This document shows positions 9,303 through 19,059 of a DNA stretch of 64,000 nucleotides, piece by piece (position 1 is the stretch's first letter; each line of letters begins with the position of its first letter). The DNA is taken from the NCBI GenBank assembly GCA_963840455.1, contig CAWIYV010000004.1:32001-96000 (forward strand), written 5' to 3'. This DNA comes from Nitrospirota bacterium. GTDB taxonomy: Bacteria > Nitrospirota > UBA9217. The notes under the pieces are model-generated. The model was not told where the DNA came from. It was given only the letters and a program-made list of their open reading frames with translations, and searched no databases. The position numbers and the translations under genes are program-made.

Positions 9303-9374
9303 GGCAATGGCAATAAGTATAGCACAACCCGACGATCCCTTCTCTCCCCTGTCCGTTCCCCCCGGAAAATTCCC

Positions 9375-9403
9375 TTGCAATGGCGGCGTCTTTCCTTTAT
9401 CAT
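9375..9403 (+). promoter_or_regulatory. Sigma70 promoter of the Hfq-like operon (leaderless or near-leaderless)
   Basis: TTGCAA-17bp-TATCAT, 8 nt before ATG 9412, no SD. Confidence 0.55.
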
Positions 9404-9411
9404 TGGTACCG

Positions 9412-9876
9412 ATGGAAGCAGCAAAACACGCTATTGAACCTGAGTTCCTGTCCCAGGCCCTCGCCCAAGGCACCAGACTCCGCATCGGCCAGATGAACAA
9501 GACTGAGCACGAAGGCGTGATCCGTGAGATCGGCCGTTACGAGATCAACGTTGAAGAGAACAACAACATCATTACCGTCCTGAAAAAGGACATTTCCTAC
9601 CTCTCGACGCCGGACCCCTTGATCACGGCAGCCGCGCCCGAAGATCCTTCCGCCGGCGCTGCCGCGGCGCCGGACGGAACTCCCGCCAAGCCGAACATCC
9701 AGCAGGAATTCCTGGACAAGGCCATCCGCGAGAACAACTCCCTCACGATCTTCCTCGTCACCGGCCAGCGCATCCGGGCGACCATTGAGGCCTACGACAA
9801 CTTCACCCTCCTCATCCGCGAGGGGGGCAAGCAGCACCTCTTCTACAAGCACGCGGTCACGACGATCAACCGATAG
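9412..9876 (+). CDS. Hfq-like protein with two tandem Sm/Hfq domains
   Basis: C-domain NIQQEFLD...LTIFLVTG...YDNFTLLI...QHLFYKHAVTTI is Hfq-like; N-domain is a degenerate copy (IEPEFLS...GVIREIGRYEI...LKKDISYL). Confidence 0.8.
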   Translation: MEAAKHAIEPEFLSQALAQGTRLRIGQMNKTEHEGVIREIGRYEINVEENNNIITVLKKDISYLSTPDPLITAAAPEDPSAGAAAAPDGTPAKPNIQQEFLDKAIRENNSLTIFLVTGQRIRATIEAYDNFTLLIREGGKQHLFYKHAVTTINR

Positions 9877-9889
9877 AGGGACACCTGCC

Positions 9890-10303
9890 ATGGAAACCAA
9901 TCTCCTCGACAAGATGCTGAGCACGTACCGGTCCCAGAAGACCCCGGTGACCATCGTCCTGCAGAACAACGCACGGATCTTCGGCAGGATCGGGATGTTC
10001 GACAGCTATATCATCGTCATGGAGAACCAGCGGAACGAGATCGTCTATCGCCACGCAATTTCGGCCCTCCTTCCCTATGTTGCTGCCGAGCAGCCGCAGC
10101 CCCGCGAACAGAAGGTCGCCCCGGCACGGCCCGCGCCAAGGCCGGTCCCCAAACCGGCAAGGCCCACTCCTCCGGCAACGGCGAAGACCAGGCCGCCACG
10201 GCCTGAGCACAAGCCCGCCGCAACGCCGTCGGAATCGGGCCTCAACACCGGCATGAAGGAAGGCCTCCTGCGGTGGATGCAGGAACAGAAAGCGGGAAAA
10301 TAG
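9890..10303 (+). CDS. Second Hfq-like protein with Pro/Arg-rich C-terminal tail
   Basis: NLLDKML...PVTIVLQN...GRIGMFDSYII...IVYRHAISA Sm1/Sm2-like motifs. Confidence 0.8.
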   Translation: METNLLDKMLSTYRSQKTPVTIVLQNNARIFGRIGMFDSYIIVMENQRNEIVYRHAISALLPYVAAEQPQPREQKVAPARPAPRPVPKPARPTPPATAKTRPPRPEHKPAATPSESGLNTGMKEGLLRWMQEQKAGK

Positions 10304-10304
10304 C

Positions 10305-11825
10305 ATGACCCGCCGTTCCCTGGCGCTATCTGCCCTTTCGGGGCTCCTGCTGGCGGCGTCATTCCCCAGCCTCGGTTATTCTTTTCTCGCCTGGTTTGCC
10401 CTCGTCCCGCTCCTGTTCGCCCTCCGGGACCAGACCGTAGGGACGGGCCTCTGGCTCAGCGGCAGCTTCGGGCTCGTTTTCTTCTGCGGCACTGTCTATT
10501 GGGTCACCAATTCGGTCCACTTTTACGGTCACGTGCCGCTTCTGCCCGCCTCGCTCATCACCCTGCTTCTCTGCGTGATCCTCGCTCTCTTCATCGTACC
10601 CTTCGGAGGAGCGCTCGTCCACATCAGGGCGACGCATCCGCGCTTGCTGTTCCTGGCCGCACCGGCCCTCTGGGTCACGCTGGAATATGCCCGCACGCAC
10701 CTGTTCTCCGGATTTCCCTGGGCGCTCCTGGGATATTCCCAATACCGGTCACTGCCGGTCATCCAGATCGCGGATCTCTTCGGCGTGTACGGCATATCCT
10801 TCCTGATCGTGCTCGCGAACATTGGCATCGCCGAGGTGCTCGCGGACCGGAAGAGATATCGTCCGCTGTTGGCCGCGGCGATCATGACGGCAGTTGTTGT
10901 CGGCTATGGATACTATCGTCTGAACGCGCCAGAAAGCGCAGGAAGCATCAGGATAGCGGTTGTCCAGGGGAACATCGAGCAGGACAAGAAGTGGGACCCG
11001 TCCTATCAGGGCGAGGTCATCGCGACCTATAAACGCCTTACGCTCAAAGCACTGGAGCAAAAACCAGACCTCGTGATTTGGCCCGAAACCGCCACACCCT
11101 TCTACTTCGGCGGAGGCGGCGACAACGTAAAATGGACCGACGACCTCAGACAGTTCGTCAGGACAATGAACACCCCCCTGCTCTTCGGCAGCGCGACCTA
11201 TGAGGTCAAGCCCGGCAGGGTCATCGATCTGTGGAATTCGGCGTTCCTGCTGGACCGTGACGGAGTAACCAGCGCCGTGTATCAGAAGATGCATCTGGTC
11301 CCCTACGGCGAATATATCCCCATGAAGAAGATCCTGTTCTTCGTGGAAAAACTGGTGCAGGCCATCGGCGACTTCCAGACCGGTAGGGAGTACACGGTCA
11401 TGAAGGTCCGGCCGCCGGCGGGAAATGATGTTGGCCTCAGCACGGTCATCTGCTACGAGATCATCTTCCCCGACCTCGTCAGAAGGTTCGTGAACAACGG
11501 GGCAACGGTCATGACCACCATCACGAACGACGCCTGGTTCGGCAAGACCGGAGCGCCGTACCAGCATTTCTCCATGGCAGTGCTGCGGGCGGTGGAGAAC
11601 CATGTCCCGATCGCCCGCGCGGCGAACACCGGTATATCCGGTTTCATTGACGCAAAAGGCCGCATCCTCGAGACCACAAGCATCTTCACCGAAGCGTATC
11701 TTACCCGCTCGCTTTCTCCTTCCACGCAGAAGACCATCTATACCCGCTATGGCGATATCTTTTCCTGGCTTTGTGTCATCGGATGTTTCCTGGCTGTCCT
11801 TCCCCTGCCGCGACCCAAACGATAG
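10305..11825 (+). CDS. lnt: Apolipoprotein N-acyltransferase
   Basis: GFPW, QGNI, WPETA, KMHLVPYGEY, ICYEIIF, TNDAWFG, RAANTGIS. Confidence 0.96.
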   Translation: MTRRSLALSALSGLLLAASFPSLGYSFLAWFALVPLLFALRDQTVGTGLWLSGSFGLVFFCGTVYWVTNSVHFYGHVPLLPASLITLLLCVILALFIVPFGGALVHIRATHPRLLFLAAPALWVTLEYARTHLFSGFPWALLGYSQYRSLPVIQIADLFGVYGISFLIVLANIGIAEVLADRKRYRPLLAAAIMTAVVVGYGYYRLNAPESAGSIRIAVVQGNIEQDKKWDPSYQGEVIATYKRLTLKALEQKPDLVIWPETATPFYFGGGGDNVKWTDDLRQFVRTMNTPLLFGSATYEVKPGRVIDLWNSAFLLDRDGVTSAVYQKMHLVPYGEYIPMKKILFFVEKLVQAIGDFQTGREYTVMKVRPPAGNDVGLSTVICYEIIFPDLVRRFVNNGATVMTTITNDAWFGKTGAPYQHFSMAVLRAVENHVPIARAANTGISGFIDAKGRILETTSIFTEAYLTRSLSPSTQKTIYTRYGDIFSWLCVIGCFLAVLPLPRPKR

Positions 11826-11853
11826 CGCCGGGCCGCCCGGGCAAGCGATCAAT

Positions 11854-11885
11854 AAAAAAGCCGCCGGACCTCATGGTCCGGCGGC
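11854..11885 (-). terminator. Rho-independent terminator of the beta-barrel gene
   Basis: GCCGCCGGACC-TCAT-GGTCCGGCGGC with adjacent A6 (U-tract on the minus strand). Confidence 0.8.
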
Positions 11886-11918
11886 AGATGCTTCACTTCT
11901 CTCGCTGCCCGCTCGCTC

Positions 11919-12914
11919 TCAGAACCGGAAGGCCGCGTACAGCCCGATACCGGTGTTCGTCGTCTTGAGCGTTTGCTCGCCGACGGGGTCAATGAACTTC
12001 TCCTCGCTGGATTCGGCATAGATCGGCACCTCCATGCCGAAACGTTCGCTGAACCAGTACCGGCCGGCAAGCGTCGTCCGCGCCGTCGTTATCTTGTGCT
12101 CGTTTCCAGCTGCCATCCCGGTTTCTTTTTCCTCTTCGGCCTCGAGCGCGAGCCAAAGCGTGAGCTGCTTTCCGATGTAGCCCGCGATCTCGAAGTTCAC
12201 TGCCGCGATGTCGTACTTGGTCGTGCCCATGAATTCGACCTCACTTTTGCCGCCGCCGAATTCGAGCACAAGGCCGACCACGTCAGCGATCACTCCCCGG
12301 CCCCCGAAATAGACCACACCGATGTCGCGCGTCGCATCCGGCAAGCCGCTTTGCGTGTTCTCCGTCGATTCGCCATGGTACCGGAGATGGAGTTCCATGC
12401 TCGGGACAATGTACTGCCGGATACCCAGATCAAGCATGCTGTGTGCGATATCGATCTCCGGTTGAGAGACCCCGTTCACGGTCTGATCGATTGTTCCGCC
12501 ACCAAATCCGATGTTCAGGAACAGGCCGGTGTTCGTGGGAAAGAAATATTCGCCTCCGAACTGGAGAACGGCTGCGCTTGCCTTGCTGTCGGTTTCGAAT
12601 CCAGGGAACGTATTGTCCTTGTCCTTCGCCCCGATGAACACCAGGCCGGCTGATAGGGTGGACGGATGCTGGTAGAACTGCCGGAGATCGATGGGCTTGT
12701 CATCGTCCTTCAGGGGTGTGAAGAAGTGAGTGTACTGCACTGTGAACAGCGAGTTCTTCGTGTCGATCTTGCTCTTCGGGTCCGTGATGACGTTTGACTC
12801 CACTTTGCTCGTCGAGTCGCCCTCCAGGCCCACGACCACTTCATTCGACACGTCTGCAAAGGCCGGAACAGCAGCAAGACAGAAAAGCACTGCAATGACA
12901 ATCAATTTCCTCAT
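11919..12914 (-). CDS. Outer-membrane beta-barrel protein (putative porin)
   Basis: Signal peptide (AFA), alternating amphipathic strands, C-terminal YAAFRF. Confidence 0.75.
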   Translation of the reverse strand: MRKLIVIAVLFCLAAVPAFADVSNEVVVGLEGDSTSKVESNVITDPKSKIDTKNSLFTVQYTHFFTPLKDDDKPIDLRQFYQHPSTLSAGLVFIGAKDKDNTFPGFETDSKASAAVLQFGGEYFFPTNTGLFLNIGFGGGTIDQTVNGVSQPEIDIAHSMLDLGIRQYIVPSMELHLRYHGESTENTQSGLPDATRDIGVVYFGGRGVIADVVGLVLEFGGGKSEVEFMGTTKYDIAAVNFEIAGYIGKQLTLWLALEAEEEKETGMAAGNEHKITTARTTLAGRYWFSERFGMEVPIYAESSEEKFIDPVGEQTLKTTNTGIGLYAAFRF

Positions 12915-12963
12915 GCGTCATACCTCCTCAGGGCTAGGCTTAAATGCAGGATGCATTGCGATG

Positions 12964-12992
12964 AAGATAGCAGAGGGGTCCGGGGACGTCAA
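12964..12992 (-). promoter_or_regulatory. Sigma70 promoter of the beta-barrel gene
   Basis: TTGACG-17bp-TATCTT with TG extension. Confidence 0.5.
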
Positions 12993-13032
12993 GGTACTAT
13001 TCACCATGGGAAACCGGCGCAGCACGAACTGG

Positions 13033-13785
13033 TCAGAGCGTGCAGACCGACCGCAGGAATGCCGCTGACTTAAGCCGCTTGCCGAGGATATGGAGAGTGT
13101 GGGAGGTGAACGCCTGGTCAAGTTCCCGCATGATGTCCACGGAGGGTTTGAGACGGGTGACCTTGTCGAGGTCCATTCGGAGGGCATGATAATAGAAACC
13201 GATGGCGCCGGGGGAAAGCCGTATCTGGTCCTCGCCGGACGAGATGAGGCAGTCAGGGCAGAGCACGCCGCCCTTGAGGCCATAGAAGACCATGGGGCGC
13301 TCGGCGCCGCAGCCGCAGGAAAGGCACTTATCGAGTTTGGGCTGGAAGCCGAGGAGCGACAGGAACCGGATCTCGAAGATCCGGAGCAGGAACAGCGGAT
13401 CGACCCCTTCATTCAACAGGTGAAGGACATGGGCGAGCAGAAGGAATGCCTGCGGGTTCCGCTCTCCTTCCGGGGCGACCTCACGCACCAGTTCAACGAT
13501 GACGGAGCCAACGGCCATGCGGTCGAGGTCTCCGGCGATATCGAAATGCTGGCTGATGATATCGCTGGATTCTATCCGGATCAGCTCCTGGTGCTCTTTC
13601 TCATACAGGTGCAGGCGCGCGTGGGTGAACAGTTCAAGCCCCGCGCCAAAGCGACGAAAAGACTTCCGGGCATTCTTGGCAACGCCGCGGAGCCTGCCCC
13701 GGTCCAGGGAAAAGAAGGTGACGAGCTTGTCCGCCTCCCCCAGGTTCATGCTGCCAATGATGACGGCTTCGGTCTTGGACTTCAT
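13033..13785 (-). CDS. recO: DNA repair protein RecO
   Basis: GEADKLVTFFS, AKNARKSFRRFGAGLE, CxxC...CxxC zinc finger; downstream of era. Confidence 0.93.
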   Translation of the reverse strand: MKSKTEAVIIGSMNLGEADKLVTFFSLDRGRLRGVAKNARKSFRRFGAGLELFTHARLHLYEKEHQELIRIESSDIISQHFDIAGDLDRMAVGSVIVELVREVAPEGERNPQAFLLLAHVLHLLNEGVDPLFLLRIFEIRFLSLLGFQPKLDKCLSCGCGAERPMVFYGLKGGVLCPDCLISSGEDQIRLSPGAIGFYYHALRMDLDKVTRLKPSVDIMRELDQAFTSHTLHILGKRLKSAAFLRSVCTL

Positions 13786-13804
13786 GATCGGAGCAAAATA
13801 GAGG

Positions 13805-14542
13805 TTACTGCATCCTGCGGATCCGCACCTCGACCCCCTTCTGGTCCCTCATGAGCGCAGTGAGCTTCGCGATGTCGGTCTCGCCAGTATGATAGGGATA
13901 AAGCACCCTGGGCTTGAACATCTTCGCGGCGTCCGCGACCATTTCCGGCGTCATGGTGTAGGGCAGGTTCATCGGCAGGAAAGCGATTTCGATGTTCTTG
14001 AGGGACTTCATTTCCGGGACATTCTCTGTGTCGCCCGCCACATAGACCCGCTTGTCAGCGAGGGTGATGATGTAGCCGTTCCCAACACCCTTGGGATGAT
14101 AGGGCTGCCCGTTCTCGCGCTTGCTTACCATATTATATGCCGGGACCGCTTCGACCGTCATTCCCTTGATCGCTTTCACGTCGCCGTTCTTCATGACCAC
14201 GCCGCCGCTCACCTGTCCTGCGCCGGCTTCGGTCAGGACGATCGTCGTCTTCTCTGTTCGGACCTTCTCGATCGCAGCAGGATCAAGATGGTCCCGATGC
14301 TCGTGGGTGATCAGAATGACGTCTGCTTTGGGCAGTTTGGCGTAGTCCGTAAGCTTGCTGTAGGGATCAACATAGATCGTTGCTCCGCCAAGCGTGAACA
14401 GCAGCGATCCATGTCCGATGAAGGTGATCACAAGATCACCGGCCGAGGTCTTGATAGTGTCCGGAGGGGACTGTTCCTGCGCCGCGGCCGCAGACGCAAG
14501 GACCAGGCTAAACAGCATCAAGGACAGGGAAGAGCGGAACAT
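13805..14542 (-). CDS. Exported MBL-fold metal-dependent hydrolase
   Basis: Signal peptide, THEHRDHLD, YVAGDT, YPYH. Confidence 0.9.
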   Translation of the reverse strand: MFRSSLSLMLFSLVLASAAAAQEQSPPDTIKTSAGDLVITFIGHGSLLFTLGGATIYVDPYSKLTDYAKLPKADVILITHEHRDHLDPAAIEKVRTEKTTIVLTEAGAGQVSGGVVMKNGDVKAIKGMTVEAVPAYNMVSKRENGQPYHPKGVGNGYIITLADKRVYVAGDTENVPEMKSLKNIEIAFLPMNLPYTMTPEMVADAAKMFKPRVLYPYHTGETDIAKLTALMRDQKGVEVRIRRMQ

Positions 14543-14556
14543 GGCGACCCTCCTGA

Positions 14557-15183
14557 CTATTTCTCCGGACCTGCTGAAATTGCGCTGAGCTTTTTCTTCT
14601 TATGGTTCCGCACATAGAGCGCGATAATGACCGCACTCACGATAACAACACCGATCACTGCCTGATGGGAATACTGCATGATCAGTTCCCGGTTCGCGCC
14701 GATGAAGTAGCCGATGAAAGTAAGAATGGTGACCCAGATGCCTGCTCCCGCGAGCGTGTAGAGTGAGAACTTGACGTGGTTCATGCCTGCCAGCCCGGCC
14801 GGGAGCGAGATAAGATGCCGCACAACAGGCAGGAGCCTGCCGATGAAGGTCGATATCTCGCCATGGTCACGGAAATACCGCTCCACCTTGGCGAATTTCT
14901 CTTCCGTGATCCAGACGTACTTACCGTACTTGAGCAGCAGCGGCCTGCCGAGATAGTGCGCCGCATAGTAGTTCGCGTAGGCGCCCACCAGGCTTCCCAG
15001 CGTGCCGCACAGAATGGCGACGAGCGCGTTCATCTGGCCTTGCTGGGCAAGGTATCCCGCCGGCGGCATCACCAATTCGCTCGGGATGGGGATGATGGAG
15101 CTCTCCATGGCCATGAGCAGGAAGATGCCCGGGTAGCCCAGGGCGCCGATGGTCAGGAGCAGCCAGTCGATCAGTGCATGCAT
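14557..15183 (-). CDS. DedA family membrane protein
   Basis: ESSIIPIPSELVMPPAG, GRLLPVVRHLISLPAG. Confidence 0.92.
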   Translation of the reverse strand: MHALIDWLLLTIGALGYPGIFLLMAMESSIIPIPSELVMPPAGYLAQQGQMNALVAILCGTLGSLVGAYANYYAAHYLGRPLLLKYGKYVWITEEKFAKVERYFRDHGEISTFIGRLLPVVRHLISLPAGLAGMNHVKFSLYTLAGAGIWVTILTFIGYFIGANRELIMQYSHQAVIGVVIVSAVIIALYVRNHKKKKLSAISAGPEK

Positions 15184-15227
15184 TGTTACACGCTCCCCTT
15201 GACAGATTTTTGGAAAACCGTATTTTC

Positions 15228-15312
15228 ACCGCAGAGTTCGCTGAGACCGCTGAGTTTTGACGCTTTTTAAATATCAGATCTATTTCTCTGCGTGCTCTGC
15301 GCTCTCAGCGGT
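15228..15312. repeat. 9-mer (CGCAGAG-type) long inverted-repeat element
   Basis: ACCGCAGAG TTCGCTGAG ACCGCTGAG ... CTCTGCGTG CTCTGCG CTCTCAGCGGT. Confidence 0.75.
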
Positions 15313-15391
15313 ATATCTCGTTCCATCTTAACGTCTTACGCCTTATGCTGTTTCTATTCCGTAATCTAAAATCTGCAATCCGCAATGCTGC

Positions 15392-16300
15392 CTATTCTTC
15401 TTCAATGATCCCGACGTTCCTGAGCATCCGGTTGTCGTCACGCCAGCCCTTCTTCACCTTCACCCAGAGCTGGAGGAACACCTTCACTCCCAGGAGCTTT
15501 TCCGCATCCAGCCGCGCCCGGGTGCCGATCTCCTTCAGCAGGGCGCCGTTCTTGCCGATGACGATCCCCTTCTGCGAATCGCGGTCCACGAAGATGGTGG
15601 CATCGATGCGCGTCAGGCCCGGCTCCTCCTTCACCTGGTCGATCATCACTGCCGTGGAGTACGGGATCTCCTCCTTGGTGAGCTCGAAGATCTTTTCGCG
15701 GATGATCTCGGAGACAACGAACCGCTCCGGCTGGTCCGTCAGCTGGTCGTCGGGAAAGTACTTTGGCCCCTTGGGCATCCGCTTCAGGAGGGCGTCCACA
15801 AGGCCGCCCAGGTCCTGCTTCAGGGCCGATACGGGGATGATCTCGGCAAAGGAGTAGAGCGTGCTGTATTCCTGCATGAGCGGCAGGAGCCGCTCCTTGT
15901 TGATGAGGTCCACCTTGTTGATGATCAGCAGGACCGGGGTCCTGACCTTTGCAAGGGAGTCGATGATGAAGCGGTCACCGCCTCCCGGCTTCTCCGTGGC
16001 CTCCACGAGCAGCATGATGACGTCCACTTCGCTGTACGTGCCAAGCGCCATGTTCACCATGATCTCGTTCATCTTATGCAGCGGTTTGTGGATGCCCGGC
16101 GTGTCGATAAACACCAGCTGGGCGTCCGGCCGGCTCAGGATGCCGCGAATGCGATTCCGCGTGGTCTGGGGTTTGTCGGAAATGATGGATATTTTCTCGC
16201 CCAGGAGGCAGTTCATGAGCGTGGACTTGCCCACGTTCGGCCTTCCGATGATAGCGATGAAGCCGGATCGGAAATCCCTCTCGTTCTTCGCCTCAGTCAT
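15392..16300 (-). CDS. era: GTPase Era
   Basis: GRPNVGKS, PQTTR, DTPG, NKVD, EEIPYS, KH domain. Confidence 0.97.
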   Translation of the reverse strand: MTEAKNERDFRSGFIAIIGRPNVGKSTLMNCLLGEKISIISDKPQTTRNRIRGILSRPDAQLVFIDTPGIHKPLHKMNEIMVNMALGTYSEVDVIMLLVEATEKPGGGDRFIIDSLAKVRTPVLLIINKVDLINKERLLPLMQEYSTLYSFAEIIPVSALKQDLGGLVDALLKRMPKGPKYFPDDQLTDQPERFVVSEIIREKIFELTKEEIPYSTAVMIDQVKEEPGLTRIDATIFVDRDSQKGIVIGKNGALLKEIGTRARLDAEKLLGVKVFLQLWVKVKKGWRDDNRMLRNVGIIEEE

Positions 16301-16795
16301 GGCGGTAGCATACCCGAAAGAGGCATGCGACGCAAGAAAAAGCGGATCTCTTGTTGGGCAACACGGGGGGAGGTGGGAAAAGCAACTGCAACGACCTTGG
16401 TTATGGCAGTTCCAAAAGCCCCTGCAGCCCGTGAGCACTGACGATGCGTAGGCATGCGTCACAGAAGCATGGCAAATCACCGCGTCGTTTCCAGCACGCG
16501 CGTCAGCGGAAGTGCTGAGGATAGGACAGAGCGGACAAGAAAACCGCGGACAAACTGCATGCCTGCAGCGCAGTGCGAATGGGCTGCAGAAAAAAGGAGA
16601 TTTGCTTTTTTGGGCAGCCCGGGCTGCTGGAAAGGCAAAGGCTTACGTCTTTACCCAAACTCCGCAGGTCTCACCGGAGCGGACCTACACCCTGCCTTGC
16701 GATGCCGCGGGTGCAAGAGATTGAAGCTCTCTGCTCCTGGTCTTCTCCATGTCTCAATGGTCATCCTCTCTTCTGCCCGACATTTTAAATATCAT

Positions 16796-16825
16796 TTGAC
16801 AATCTCCCGACGTTATCGGTATTAT
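16796..16825 (+). promoter_or_regulatory. Sigma70 promoter of nadA (very short leader)
   Basis: TTGACA-18bp-TATTAT, 10 nt before ATG, no SD. Confidence 0.6.
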
Positions 16826-16835
16826 CAACCTACCT

Positions 16836-17822
16836 ATGACCGACCAGACCGTCATCCGCGAACGGATCATCAGGCTCAAGAAGGACCTGAACGCCATCAT
16901 CCTGGCCCACAATTACCAGCGGCCCGAGGTCCAGGACATCGCGGACATCACCGGCGATTCGCTTGAGCTCTCCCGCGCCGCTGCACGGACGGACTTCAAG
17001 GTCATCGTGTTCTGCGGCGTCCATTTCATGGCCGAGAGCGCCTCCATCCTCTCGCCCGACAAGACCGTGCTGCTGCCTGAGATCACGTCGGGCTGTCCCA
17101 TGGCGGACATGATCACCGTGGATGGCCCCCGCACAACAAAGCGGGATCTTTTCCGGGAGCTCTACGGCGTCACTTTTCAGTTCGCCGATGAATTCACGCT
17201 CCTGGACATCAAGCGGCAGCATCCCGGTGTTCCCGTGGTCGCCTACGTGAACACCTCGGCAGCAGTCAAGGCGGAGAGCGACATCTGCTGCACCTCGTCA
17301 AATGTGGTGAAGGTCGTCGAGTCCCTGAAGGAAGATACCGTCATCTGCGTCCCCGACCGGAACCTCTCGGCTTACGCTGCCAAGCGTACGAAGAAGAAGA
17401 TCATCTCCTGGGACGGGTTCTGCAACGTCCATCAGGTCCAGCTCACTATGGACGACGTGACGCACGCCAAGTCCGAACACCCCAAAGCACTGCTCGTGGT
17501 CCATCCCGAATGCCCTCCCGGGATCCAGGACCTTGCTGACCACATCACCAGCACCTCCGGCATGCTGCGCTATTGCAAGGAGTCGCCCAACAAGGAGTTC
17601 ATCATTGGAACCGAGGAAGGCCTCCTTCACCGGCTGAAGAAGGAAAGCCCGGACAAACGGTTTTATCTTCTCTCCCGCAAGATGGTCTGCCCGAACATGA
17701 AGCGCACGAAGATCGAGAGCGTCCTCACGGCCATGGAGAAGATGCAGTACGTCATCAAGGTGCCGGACGAGATCCGTGTCAGGGCAAAGCGGGCGCTGGA
17801 CCGGATGCTGGAGATCACATAG
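16836..17822 (+). CDS. nadA: Quinolinate synthase A
   Basis: [43 protein letters not shown]. Confidence 0.96.
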   Translation: MTDQTVIRERIIRLKKDLNAIILAHNYQRPEVQDIADITGDSLELSRAAARTDFKVIVFCGVHFMAESASILSPDKTVLLPEITSGCPMADMITVDGPRTTKRDLFRELYGVTFQFADEFTLLDIKRQHPGVPVVAYVNTSAAVKAESDICCTSSNVVKVVESLKEDTVICVPDRNLSAYAAKRTKKKIISWDGFCNVHQVQLTMDDVTHAKSEHPKALLVVHPECPPGIQDLADHITSTSGMLRYCKESPNKEFIIGTEEGLLHRLKKESPDKRFYLLSRKMVCPNMKRTKIESVLTAMEKMQYVIKVPDEIRVRAKRALDRMLEIT

Positions 17823-17825
17823 TGC

Positions 17826-17920
17826 TGACGCGGAGAAACGGGGACAGGGAGACAGGGGGACAAAAGCACGCCACTTCAATCATCCCTCTCCGCGTCACCG
17901 CGTCACCGCGTTCTCCCGTC
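17826..17920. repeat. Octamer-type inverted repeat (GGGGACAG / CCGCGTCA arrays)
   Basis: Purine-rich GACAGGGA-type repeats followed by CCGCGTCA-type repeats. Confidence 0.55.
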
Positions 17921-17931
17921 GAGATTTAACC

Positions 17932-19059
17932 ATGCTCACTGCCATCCTCATACTCCTCGCCGTCACTCTGCTGGTCCTGATCTGGTTCATCTTCCAGTCG
18001 CAGAAGCGTACTGCGGATCCGGCCGTCTCGCTCCTCCAGCAGGAGGTCCAGTCGCTGCGCGGCCAGCTCTCGGACGCCATGATCAAGAGTCAGGACGCGG
18101 TGAACCATCAGCTTGTCCACGTCGTGCAGCAGGTGAACTCGCAGCTCGGGCAGGTCACCTCACAGGTGAACACGCGGCTCGGCCAGGTCACCGATCAGCT
18201 TCAGAAGTCCACGGGGGACCTCAATACGCGGCTGGACAACGCGGCAAAGGTCGTTTCCGAGGTGAGCAAGGGTCTGGGCGGGCTGTCCGAAGCAACGAAG
18301 AAGGTCTTCGAGGTGGGCAAGGACATAGCGAGCCTGCAGGAGATCCTGCGCTCGCCCAAGCTCCGGGGCGGCCTCGGCGAGCTGTTCCTGGGCGACCTGC
18401 TGGCCCAGATCCTGCCGCCCGCCCACTTCACGCTGCAGCACCGGTTCAAGAGCGGTGAGGCCGTGGACGCGGTCATCCGGCTCGGCCAGAACCTGGTGCC
18501 CGTAGACGCGAAGTTCCCGCTCGAGAACTTCCGGCGGGTCATTGAGGTTTCTTCGGAAGAGGAGCGGAAGGCGGCGAAGCGGAAGTTTCTGGCCGACGTA
18601 AAGAAACATGTTGACGCGATCAGCGGTAAGTATATCCTGCCGGACGAGGGTACGTTCGACTTCGCCCTCATGTACATCCCGGCGGAGAACGTATACTACG
18701 AACTGATCATCAAGGACGAGGCCATGGACTCGGACAAGGGCCTGCTCAACTACTCATTCGCCAAGCGGGTCATCCCGGTCTCGCCGAACAGCTTCTATGC
18801 CTACCTTCAGACGATCCTCCTCGGCCTGAAGGGACTGCACATCGAAGAGCGGGCCCAGGAGATCCTGACCAATCTTGCCCGTCTTTCAGGCGACTTCCGG
18901 AAGTTCCGGGAGGAATTTGATACGGTGGGAAAGCATATCACGAACACGAAGTCGCGTTACGATGACGCCGACAAACGGCTCGAAAAGTTCAGTGACAAGC
19001 TTGAGTCTCTTAGTGAAGCCTCCCCCGCCATCGAGGAGACCCGGAAGCTACCGCTCTAG
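17932..19059 (+). CDS. rmuC: DNA recombination protein RmuC
   Basis: N-terminal TM plus coiled coil, RGGLGE, VDAKFP, KYILP, DFALMYIPAE, VSPNS. Confidence 0.92.
   Translation: MLTAILILLAVTLLVLIWFIFQSQKRTADPAVSLLQQEVQSLRGQLSDAMIKSQDAVNHQLVHVVQQVNSQLGQVTSQVNTRLGQVTDQLQKSTGDLNTRLDNAAKVVSEVSKGLGGLSEATKKVFEVGKDIASLQEILRSPKLRGGLGELFLGDLLAQILPPAHFTLQHRFKSGEAVDAVIRLGQNLVPVDAKFPLENFRRVIEVSSEEERKAAKRKFLADVKKHVDAISGKYILPDEGTFDFALMYIPAENVYYELIIKDEAMDSDKGLLNYSFAKRVIPVSPNSFYAYLQTILLGLKGLHIEERAQEILTNLARLSGDFRKFREEFDTVGKHITNTKSRYDDADKRLEKFSDKLESLSEASPAIEETRKLPL

Noticed and set aside
16300-16790. About 490-bp gap between era and nadA with Cys-rich frames (upstream extension of the era ORF)
   Set aside because: No recognisable protein or RNA motif; era homology starts at ATG 16300; possibly decayed sequence
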